The notes beneath the pieces were generated by a model. That model ran no database searches. It saw only the letters and a program-made list of their open reading frames with translations, and was not told the DNA's origin. DNA of 64,000 nt from Planctomycetota bacterium. Lineage in GTDB: Bacteria > Planctomycetota > SZUA-567 > H5-PLA8. The number at the start of each line of letters is the position of its first letter. Positions within the stretch are counted from its first letter, which is position 1. Where the stretch lies: contig JBBRPR010000027.1 in assembly GCA_038227875.1 (NCBI GenBank), positions 32,001 through 96,000 on the forward strand, in the 5' to 3' direction. This document shows positions 38,870 through 47,239 of this stretch, in pieces. The translations under genes and the position numbers were made by a program.

Positions 38870-41113
38870 TCAGCGCTCATTGCGTTCGGAGAACGAACTC
38901 TCCGGATCGCCGCAGTAGTCGACGTGCTTCAGGAATTTTCCATCACCGATTTTCTTCCCGGCTTTCTTCGTGACAAACAGCCGCACGACCGCGCAATTTT
39001 TGTAGCCTTCCAGCGGCACGTAGATCATCGTGCCGTCGAACTTGAATTTTACCGTGCGCATCTTTTTGTCGCCGGGCGTCATCACGCCGGCTTTCGTGAC
39101 ATCGTGTCCGCGTGCGACGCGGAAGACGGCGTACGGCGTCTTCTTGTACGCGATCTTGTCGTCCTCGCCGCCGAGGTCCGAGATGATTCCCGCCACGTAG
39201 TCGTCGCCAATGGTAAACAAACGTCCCCGTGAAAAATTCGGCGCGCGCAGGGGATCGGGCTCGAAACACAGCACGCGGCGGCGGAAATGTTCGTACAACG
39301 GCAGATAGCGCTGGAAGAGCGCCTTATTCTGCGCGTAGGACTTTTTCGGATCGGCGTCGTACTTCGGAAAGCTGCCCGCGTACACGGCGCGGCGCAGATT
39401 TTCGTCGATGGGCTTGGCATTGCTCGTCCACATGAAGAACAGCGGCTTGGCAATGCACGCCCAGAAAAACTTCTCTTCGTGGATGTTGCCGTCGCCTTCC
39501 AGCAGCACGCCGTCGGAAAAGCGCATCGAGCGGATCGACTGCGGTTTGTTGGCGAACGTCGCGCGCGTTTTCTTCGTGATATTCTTGCGGATAAACGCTT
39601 CGATGTCGTCGTATGAAAAGTTCATGCTGTAAGCGGGCTTGTGATTCACGACCGTGATCCCGTCGTCGTGGGCAAAGTCGATTTCGAAGTGCCGGAAACA
39701 ATCGAGGAAGAAGCCGTTGAGCATCGGGTAGGTTTTGAAAATCTTGTACGCGCTGTCGATCATGAATTTTCCGAACGAGTACTTCGGATCGGCATTCATA
39801 TTGTGGCTCATGTGCCAGCCGCTGGGTTGATACGAGCCGTCTTCGTTGCGCGCGATGGAGTCGGGAAATTTCGGCTCGACATTGGCGCGGAATCCGTCGG
39901 TGTAATTGAAGTACCAGTAAAGCCCGATCCCCGCCTTCGCCAGCTTGGCCAGCCGCGCTTTAACATCGGAGCGTTTGTGGCGCACGCGGCCGATGGCAAT
40001 ACCCAGGTCCGCGGCGATCTGTTCGTCGGTGTGCGTGTCGAAGTATTTCTGGATCTGGTACGCGTCGGCCTTCTTTCCCAGCTTGTGAAAATAACCTTCT
40101 TTGGTTTCCAGCGAGATCCAACTGTCCTTGCCGTCCTGAAAGTAATCGCTGTAGTGTTCGAAATGTCCGTGAACTTCCAGTGTCTTGATGCCGAAATCCT
40201 TGCAGCGCTGAATTTCGTCGGAGGTATGAATGCCTTCGCAGGTGAATGTGCCTTCATATTTGTAGATCGTGTCGGAATTCGGCACGAAGAACTCTTTCCA
40301 CTTCTTGAAAACCTTGCCCACGCCGGGCCGCCAATCACCCTCGTGGAACATCAACATCACCTTGGTGTTCATCGGGCGGTCGGCGACCAGGCCGATGTAA
40401 TAATTCACCGCTTCAAGCACCGGCACGGAACGGATGTCCTTGGTCATCGAGCCCCAGTTGAAACACTTTTCGCCATTGGCGAACTGGAACTTCGCGGCCG
40501 GCACTTTCGCGTCGATTGGCTCCATCATCGAGAAGCCCACGTCAAGCTGCGGGTTGTAGTGCGAGACCATCGGCAGCAGCATTTCCTTGTTCGAAACGTA
40601 CGGCAGCTGCACGTACATGTACTCGAAGGAACTCATGCCATCGAACGTGAACTGTGCGTCGAATGCCGGCGCCCAGAAATCCCAGCCGGCAATCAGCGGC
40701 AGGAAAAAATAGACGCGCAGCGAGCGGTCGGAAACGTTGGTGCCGTTCTTCACCGCGCCGACTTCCCAATGGAGCGCGTCGGCTTCGAGATTCAGCGTGA
40801 TCGTGAGCGTGAAGGGCGCTTCGGAGAATTGCTTGGTGAAGCTAACGGAGTTGCCGTTCTGCTTCGCGTTCGAAACGGTGAAGGAATCGTTGAGGTCGCT
40901 GTACCAGCGCTCATCGCGTTCGTCGTAAATGCGCAGGCCGCCGATGTAGCCGGGCAGATTCTGGCGGACTTGCTTAAAGAGGTCGACGTTCTTCGCCTTA
41001 AACAACAGCGAGCGGATGTGGCCGGTGTCCTTTTCGATGTCGAGCGAGACGTCTTTGTTTTCGATTTTCCAAAGTGCGATGCTGTCGAGCGGTCGAAGGC
41101 TGATGGCGGGCAC
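38870..41113 (-). CDS. Uncharacterised glycoside-hydrolase-like protein (beta sandwich plus TIM barrel)
   Basis: GTG start with AGGAGA RBS; GIGLYWYFNY and LNGFFLDC resemble clan GH-D barrels; host-like codon usage. Confidence 0.55.
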   Translation of the reverse strand: MPAISLRPLDSIALWKIENKDVSLDIEKDTGHIRSLLFKAKNVDLFKQVRQNLPGYIGGLRIYDERDERWYSDLNDSFTVSNAKQNGNSVSFTKQFSEAPFTLTITLNLEADALHWEVGAVKNGTNVSDRSLRVYFFLPLIAGWDFWAPAFDAQFTFDGMSSFEYMYVQLPYVSNKEMLLPMVSHYNPQLDVGFSMMEPIDAKVPAAKFQFANGEKCFNWGSMTKDIRSVPVLEAVNYYIGLVADRPMNTKVMLMFHEGDWRPGVGKVFKKWKEFFVPNSDTIYKYEGTFTCEGIHTSDEIQRCKDFGIKTLEVHGHFEHYSDYFQDGKDSWISLETKEGYFHKLGKKADAYQIQKYFDTHTDEQIAADLGIAIGRVRHKRSDVKARLAKLAKAGIGLYWYFNYTDGFRANVEPKFPDSIARNEDGSYQPSGWHMSHNMNADPKYSFGKFMIDSAYKIFKTYPMLNGFFLDCFRHFEIDFAHDDGITVVNHKPAYSMNFSYDDIEAFIRKNITKKTRATFANKPQSIRSMRFSDGVLLEGDGNIHEEKFFWACIAKPLFFMWTSNAKPIDENLRRAVYAGSFPKYDADPKKSYAQNKALFQRYLPLYEHFRRRVLCFEPDPLRAPNFSRGRLFTIGDDYVAGIISDLGGEDDKIAYKKTPYAVFRVARGHDVTKAGVMTPGDKKMRTVKFKFDGTMIYVPLEGYKNCAVVRLFVTKKAGKKIGDGKFLKHVDYCGDPESSFSERNER

Positions 41114-41227
41114 GAAGGTTCTCCTGAAGGCCGAAAAAATTCGCAATCAAATGTGGTAGCAAGTACAATTTACCTCATCGCAGCGGGGAACGCAAATTTT
41201 CGCCATAACTCGAACGAGGACCTTGAG

Positions 41228-42235
41228 ATGACGGGTGAAACCGGAGCGCTCGAACGGAACGCGTGCCTGCTGGCGACGGCACAGAGCAAAGTCGGGTGTA
41301 GCGAACGCCCGCTGGAAGCGCTGCCGTCGGATAAAATTCGCGTCAAAGTCGAAGTCTCGATGGTCAGCACCGGCACGGAGCTGTATCACATCCAGCAGAC
41401 GCACACAAAGTCGTCGAGCTTTCCGCGCTCCACCGGTTACATCTCGGTGGGAAGGATCGTCGGCATCGGCTCCAGTGTTACAAATGCCACACTCGGCCAG
41501 CGCGTGCTGGTGCAGCAGGGGCATTTCGCGTTTCACAACGCCGATCCAAAACAGGTGAAAGCCGTGCCGGAAGGCGTGAGCCCCGAAGACGCATGCGCGG
41601 CGATACTGCTGGGAATTTCCCTGCGCGGCATCCGCGGCGGCCAGGTGCGGCTGGGCGATTCGGTGGGCGTTTTCGGCCTCGGCGTGATCGGCCAGTTCGC
41701 GGTCCATCTGGCGAAGATTTCCGGCGCGTATCCGGTGATCGCCGTCGATCCCGTCGCGAAACGCCGCGACATCGCCGCAAAAATGGGGGCGGACGTGACG
41801 CTCGATCCCTTGCAGCCCGGCTTCGCCGCCGCGTACCGCGCCGCGACGTCCGGCGAAGGCACGCGCGTTTCCATCGACGCCAGTGGCACGCCGCGCGTCA
41901 TCGCCTCACTGCCGGACGTGACGGCGGAATACGGACGCGTCGTGGTCCTCGGCGGCGTGCATGGACTCGTCGAGTTCGATCTCTACACGCGTTTTCAGAA
42001 AAGCAACCTGACCATGGTCGGCTGCGGCTCCGCGTACCCCACGGATTTCCCCCACGACGCCGAACGTAACGAAACGACACTGCTGCAGATGATGAAGGCC
42101 GGAATCGTCCGCCCGCGCCCGGTGCTCACGCATTTCGTGCCGTGGCGCGAGGGGCCGGAAATGTACCGCCTGCTGATGGAGGAGAAGGACAAGGCGATTG
42201 GCGTCGCGTTCGATTGGTCGGCGCAGGACAGTTGA
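41228..42235 (+). CDS. Medium-chain dehydrogenase/reductase (zinc-binding ADH family)
   Basis: VSTGTE, FGLGVIGQ, IAVDP and IDASG motifs; GAGGA RBS. Confidence 0.85.
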   Translation: MTGETGALERNACLLATAQSKVGCSERPLEALPSDKIRVKVEVSMVSTGTELYHIQQTHTKSSSFPRSTGYISVGRIVGIGSSVTNATLGQRVLVQQGHFAFHNADPKQVKAVPEGVSPEDACAAILLGISLRGIRGGQVRLGDSVGVFGLGVIGQFAVHLAKISGAYPVIAVDPVAKRRDIAAKMGADVTLDPLQPGFAAAYRAATSGEGTRVSIDASGTPRVIASLPDVTAEYGRVVVLGGVHGLVEFDLYTRFQKSNLTMVGCGSAYPTDFPHDAERNETTLLQMMKAGIVRPRPVLTHFVPWREGPEMYRLLMEEKDKAIGVAFDWSAQDS

Positions 42236-42266
42236 CAGGCCTGCAGCGCTGAACTACAGACGAGTC

Positions 42267-43157
42267 ATGGCCCACCTCGTCCCGTGCTTGCTGCTGCCCG
42301 AAGGAACTCCCACGTTCAGCAATTCCATGGGCCGCTATGTCACCGCGCCCGGGGAACTGCCGGTCCAGTTGCTCCATCACGACTACGATATTTTCTGGGT
42401 GCAGTCCGGCGAAGCGGAATGGAAATTCCGTGACGGAACGTTCATCCGCGCCACGAAAGACCAGTTTATGGTGCTGCCGCCGTACGTGCCGGTATGGGTC
42501 AACGAAATCCAGCCGCCGATGACGTTCTGGTATTGCCACTTCGCCTTCCGCCCACTGCCCGAACGCCTGCCGCCGCAGCGGCACCCGGATTTCGCCGGGC
42601 CGGGAAAGCAGGCCAGCGTGCCGATGTTCTTTACGCGCAAGGACGCGCCGAAAGTCCACCGCGCCTACCGCGACGCGACGGAATTGAGATTCGACCCGCT
42701 GCGCGAACCGTGGCAGCTGGAACGCGCGATCATCACGCTGATCGCGGAACTCGCCAAGTTTGCGCTGAGCCTCAAAGCCGAATCGCCGTCAGCGCCGTCG
42801 CGCTTCGAAACCGAGCCGCTCGACGCGCGCGTCGCAGAATTGCGCCGCATCATCGACGAGAACCCGACACGCTCGTGGCTGGTGACGGAACTGGCCGCCA
42901 CCGCGGGCATCACGCCGGGTCATCTTCACGCGCTCTGCCGGCGCGTGCTGGGCAAACCGATCAAGCGCTACCTGATCGAAGCCCGCCTGCGCCACGCCAT
43001 GAAGCTGCTGAAAGAAAAGCGCAACGGCGAACTGCCATCCGTTTACGACGTGAGCGAAGCGTGCGGCTTCTCATCGCAGCACTTTTTCAGCCGCCAGTTC
43101 AAGGCGTATTTCAACATGACGCCGCTGGCGTTCCGGAACGGCAGCACGCTCTCGTAG
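42267..43157 (+). CDS. AraC family transcriptional regulator
   Basis: N-terminal cupin; C-terminal VSEACGFSSQHFFSRQFKAYFNMTPLAFR. Confidence 0.92.
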   Translation: MAHLVPCLLLPEGTPTFSNSMGRYVTAPGELPVQLLHHDYDIFWVQSGEAEWKFRDGTFIRATKDQFMVLPPYVPVWVNEIQPPMTFWYCHFAFRPLPERLPPQRHPDFAGPGKQASVPMFFTRKDAPKVHRAYRDATELRFDPLREPWQLERAIITLIAELAKFALSLKAESPSAPSRFETEPLDARVAELRRIIDENPTRSWLVTELAATAGITPGHLHALCRRVLGKPIKRYLIEARLRHAMKLLKEKRNGELPSVYDVSEACGFSSQHFFSRQFKAYFNMTPLAFRNGSTLS

Positions 43158-43168
43158 CGTCGATCGAA

Positions 43169-44184
43169 TTAAATCTTCGGCACTGCAATCAGCAGTGCGC
43201 CGCCGAGGGTGTATGCCGCCAGCACGACCAGAAGCACGCGCGGTCGATTTTCTGCGACAACTCCACTTTGCCCGCGACAAACAACCGCAGCGAGACGATG
43301 GAGACGCAGACCGAGACGAAAATCGCCGAGAGCGCCAGCACGAAGAACATGTCGGCGGTGGTCATGCCCGTGTCCTTGGGCAGCGCGTTGGAGATGACGT
43401 ACGCGTTGGCCATCGCCGCGAAGAGCGCGCCGGTGCCCAGGCCGAAACGCGGGCCGTCGGTGGGCTTCAGAAACATCGGGACCAGCGCGATCAACATGGC
43501 GATCAACAGGCCCCAGCAGAGCTTGAAAAAGTAACCGTAGCCGGCGCGTTCGGCGTGAATGTTGACGCAGAAGCGCGACCAGACCGATTTGCTGCCCGAG
43601 GGGAGCGAGGTGTCGCCGTAATTTGAATTGTACTGATGCTCTTTGACTTCATAGGTCGTGTTGGTGATCTGCCAACCCGGCAGCCGGACGCTCGGATCGA
43701 TCGCGCAGTTTTCCGTGTCGGGCAGAAAGATGAGCGTGCCGACGTCGTTCTCGTTGTCTTCAAATTCCAGTGCCAGGTTCTGCTTGTCGAACGGAAAGTT
43801 GCGCAGATCCCAATGCTCCTGGAACGTGGCCGTCACACGGCACGAGGCGTAATTCCAGTCGCCGATTTTCTTCTCGACGACGCCGTCTTTCTTATTGATG
43901 CGGCCGTTGGCCGTTTGAAACGTGGTGAGCGGCTTCAGCGCGCCCTTCCAGCGGAACCAGATGTAAACATCCGCGTCGAATTTGTAGTCGGCCAGGCTCA
44001 CGCCGAAGATGTCGTTGATGTACACGCCGACGTAAACTTTCTGCGCTTCGGCTGGGACAGCGGGCGCGGCGGGTTCAGCGGGTTTTGGCGGCGTCGCTTT
44101 TTCTTCTGCCGCGAAGGTGGAGCTGAAAAGGAGTGTGCCGAAAATCAAGGCTGCCACGAACTGTCGCGGTGTGGAAATGCTCAA
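43169..44184 (-). pseudogene. Prokaryotic pentameric ligand-gated ion channel (GLIC/ELIC-like) with a frameshift in M4 (real lesion or sequencing error)
   Basis: TTG start with AAGGAG RBS, signal peptide, VYVGVYINDI, FDADVYIWFRW, Pro-loop LRNFPFDKQ, M1-M3. Adding one base near 43228 restores M4 FWVVLAAYTLGGALLIAVPKI*. Confidence 0.85.
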
Positions 44185-44530
44185 AGCGTGCTCCTTGCCA
44201 GAGTCGGAAAGCGAATGATGTTTGGACGCGCTGATTTATCACAAACAACGGCGGGAAGGGCATTAAGAATCGCTAAAATCGTCGCACGAGTGCAGGGGAA
44301 TTTCCTCGCGGGAACAAAGCCTGGTTTTAACCGTCGCAAATTTGAGAATTGGTTAGGAGCCAGCACTTTTAAATCGGAATTTCAATCCGCGGGCAAATTG
44401 AACCCGACTTCGAGCAATTTGCTCCGCGCCGCCTGCGAATTGACACGGTTGGATTTCTTTCTGACAGGTCGAAATGTTTTCATCTCGACTGATAATCCCT
44501 CAGCAGAAACCAATGTTGCTGGGAGGCACC

Positions 44531-44935
44531 ATGATCATGACCACCGCAGAAAAGTTACTCGGACTCACTCGAACGGACAAACCGACCGTGATGATGGTCG
44601 ACGACGAAGAACTCTTGACGGACATGGTTTCCGAATCGTTGAGCGGACACGGTTACTCAACCGTCACGTTCAACCACAGCGCATCGGCGATCCAGTTTTA
44701 CGAAAGCGAATTCCAGCACGTCGACCTGGTCATTCTCGACATGATGATGCCGAACATCGGCGGCAAGGCCACGTTCGCGGCGCTGAAGCGGATCAATCCC
44801 CATGTTAAAGTGCTGCTTTCGTCCGGGTATTTCGCCGGTTCGGAAACAGAAGAGTTGCTGGCCGCCGGCGCGGTGGGATTTCTGCAAAAGCCGTTCAAGT
44901 TGTCGGACTTGGTGCTGCGGATCGCGGAACTCTAA
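44531..44935 (+). CDS. Single-domain response regulator
   Basis: VDDEE, LDMMMP, SSGY and QKPF motifs; GGAGG RBS. Confidence 0.9.
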   Translation: MIMTTAEKLLGLTRTDKPTVMMVDDEELLTDMVSESLSGHGYSTVTFNHSASAIQFYESEFQHVDLVILDMMMPNIGGKATFAALKRINPHVKVLLSSGYFAGSETEELLAAGAVGFLQKPFKLSDLVLRIAEL

Positions 44936-44947
44936 ACGCATTCGGGA

Positions 44948-46615
44948 CTACTCGTAGCGCAGCTTCCAGATTTCGCAGCAGGCATCCGAATAGACCACCG
45001 TCGCCAATTTTTGCAGCTGCGCGCCAAACCCGCGTGGAATTGGCGACGTGCGCCGCCAGAACACGTAGTCGGGGCGGAAGTGTTTCAGCGACTCCACGTA
45101 GGTTGCAACCGGCATGGTCATGCCGAAGGTGCCGTAGTGAAGCATGGTGGCGTTGTGCAGATCGGTCGTGCTGATCGAATTGACGTAGAGCCGCTCGGTG
45201 TAAACGCAGCGCCGCCGCGCGACCAGCATGAACATCTCCGCGCGATCCCAGGTCAGCGTTGCGGCGTAGGTGCGGAACGACACGTCCTTCTCGACCTTGC
45301 TCCAGTCCAGGCCGTCATCCACGAGAAACAACGCGTCTCCGGCCGTGTTCGCGGCCACCCATTTGTAAGCGGAGACACAATCGGCATCGATTTTTAAGAT
45401 CAGGTGATTGGAATTGCGGTCCGCGTCGAAATTATACACTGCTGTGCGCGCCGCCACCGCCGCGCTTGCGACCAGCGCCGCCGCCGCCAATCCACGCAGC
45501 CAGCGAATCAACGTCTTGTGTCCGGCGTGGCCGCGCCACGATTCGCTTGCTTGCGCCACGAGAAATAGGCCGGCGAGCAGCAGGGCCGGAACAAACAGAC
45601 TGCCCCAGCGGTCGTAGATGTTCAGCATCTGCACCCGCAGCGGCATCATCCCGCTGATAAACGGTGCGGCCGCTGCTGTCAGCGCCAGGGACACGACAAA
45701 CGCGCGCCACGGATTGCGCAGGCGCCACCCGGCGACTGCCAACACCGCCGCGACCGCCAGATGAACCGGCCAGCGCGAATGAACCTGGTACCCGCCGGCG
45801 CCGCTGAAGTAGCGCGCCAGCCACGTTTGATATTCCGGCGAGAGTCCGTTGAGGTGCATGTGCCACAGCATCGGCAGCAGCAGGATCAGAAAGGCCATGC
45901 CCGAGAGCAATGTCGTGCGCCAGAGAATGACGCCTCGCAAACTTAGATACAGCACCGTAAGGGCCACCGGCGGTCCGCAGCCCACGACCGAATAAGGCCG
46001 CGCATACGTGAGCAGCGTGAGCATGGCGATGACAATCAGCGCGCGCGGCAGTTCCGGCTTGCGCAGAAAAAAAACGAACACCGCGAACAACAGCACGGTT
46101 AATACAAATTCGATATTCGTGGGGATGCGGTCCAGGTACGCATGCATGGGAAAGAACGGCATGATGCAATCGTAGATAAAATAGAACAGCGGCCACACGG
46201 CGGCGGCGGCAACGAAGACCATCGCCCGGTGCCAATGCTTGTCGGTCCGGCGCAGACAGGTCGCCGTCATCAGCAGCAGGCTTGCACCCATGGCGATGGG
46301 AAAAGCGAGGCGCCAGATCCAGAACAGCGTGATCGCGGAGACACCGGTCACCGTCAGCATGCGGCGGAGCAGCATCTCCAGGTAGAATTGCGGCGTGAAT
46401 GTATTCTCAGAAAAGCCGTTCGACCAGTTGGCGTCGTTGGTCTTTTCCATCAGCGGCGCGAGATGCTGCGCGTACACGCATTCGTCGGTGACGTACGAAA
46501 AGTTGTAGTAAGACGCACCGGGCTCCGTGGCGAGGCGGTAGGGAATAATCCAAAGGGAAATAGTAGTAATAAAAATCAGAAACAGAACGGTTGATAGTAC
46601 GCGCGCTTTGGACAT
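44948..46615 (-). CDS. Multi-pass membrane protein, GT-C glycosyltransferase-like
   Basis: More than ten hydrophobic segments, a DE..Y motif in the first loop (TDECVY) and a C-terminal soluble domain AYKWVAANTAGDA. Confidence 0.55.
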   Translation of the reverse strand: MSKARVLSTVLFLIFITTISLWIIPYRLATEPGASYYNFSYVTDECVYAQHLAPLMEKTNDANWSNGFSENTFTPQFYLEMLLRRMLTVTGVSAITLFWIWRLAFPIAMGASLLLMTATCLRRTDKHWHRAMVFVAAAAVWPLFYFIYDCIMPFFPMHAYLDRIPTNIEFVLTVLLFAVFVFFLRKPELPRALIVIAMLTLLTYARPYSVVGCGPPVALTVLYLSLRGVILWRTTLLSGMAFLILLLPMLWHMHLNGLSPEYQTWLARYFSGAGGYQVHSRWPVHLAVAAVLAVAGWRLRNPWRAFVVSLALTAAAAPFISGMMPLRVQMLNIYDRWGSLFVPALLLAGLFLVAQASESWRGHAGHKTLIRWLRGLAAAALVASAAVAARTAVYNFDADRNSNHLILKIDADCVSAYKWVAANTAGDALFLVDDGLDWSKVEKDVSFRTYAATLTWDRAEMFMLVARRRCVYTERLYVNSISTTDLHNATMLHYGTFGMTMPVATYVESLKHFRPDYVFWRRTSPIPRGFGAQLQKLATVVYSDACCEIWKLRYE

Positions 46616-46679
46616 TAAATCTCAACCGGAATAATTTTTCAAAATGATACCGGTTTGAGCGGTCAATTGAAGGCTATTT

Positions 46680-46946
46680 TCAAACGGTGAGGCGTCTCTG
46701 GTGCTCCGCGGTCGTCTGCTGCGCTGGCAAACGCGCTGCTTCCTGATGGCGCTCGATTCCACTATGAGTCAGCATGATGGCAAGCCGTCGGTCTAAGATC
46801 AATTTCTCATCGCGAAGCTTTGCCTGTGCATCCAACACTTCGATTTCCAGAAGTGAACATCGCTTTTCGAGTGCCAGGCAGCGCTCGTGAGACCTGCCCC
46901 ATAGAATTCCTACGCCAAAGATCATCAGTCCATAGATCAGTTCCAT
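46680..46946 (-). CDS. Small membrane-anchored coiled-coil protein
   Basis: AGGAG RBS and an N-terminal TM helix. Confidence 0.5.
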   Translation of the reverse strand: MELIYGLMIFGVGILWGRSHERCLALEKRCSLLEIEVLDAQAKLRDEKLILDRRLAIMLTHSGIERHQEAARLPAQQTTAEHQRRLTV

Positions 46947-47155
46947 TCAGCTCCTTTCGTTGATGCCTGTGCCACGATCTTTACTCCAGCTTCAATGACA
47001 AAACCATACCCACATGCGCAAAGCAATGGACCAGGAAGTGAATGTTCACTTCTCACCATTCCTTAACAATAACCGGGCCTGTGCCCGCCGCTGCGTGTCG
47101 GTTCGCAGCGGCGTTGCACAGGTCCCGGCTGGATTCCAGATTCACGATACACTTC

Positions 47156-47239
47156 AGCAGCCCGTTGATTAACCCTTGGCCTACGCCGCGAAACGCCTTT
47201 ACTGCCAGGCGTTTCACGGTGAAATCTAACGGGCTGCTA
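47156..47239. mobile_element. MITE-like element, copy 2
   Basis: AGCAGCCCGTTGATT...AATCTAACGGGCTGCTAG inverted ends; internal hairpin shared with 28767-28795. Confidence 0.6.

Noticed and set aside
39641..41227. 864-aa plus-strand ORF suggesting a long N-terminal fusion to the dehydrogenase
   Set aside because: It is antisense to the GH-like gene; the real start is ATG 41228 with an RBS.
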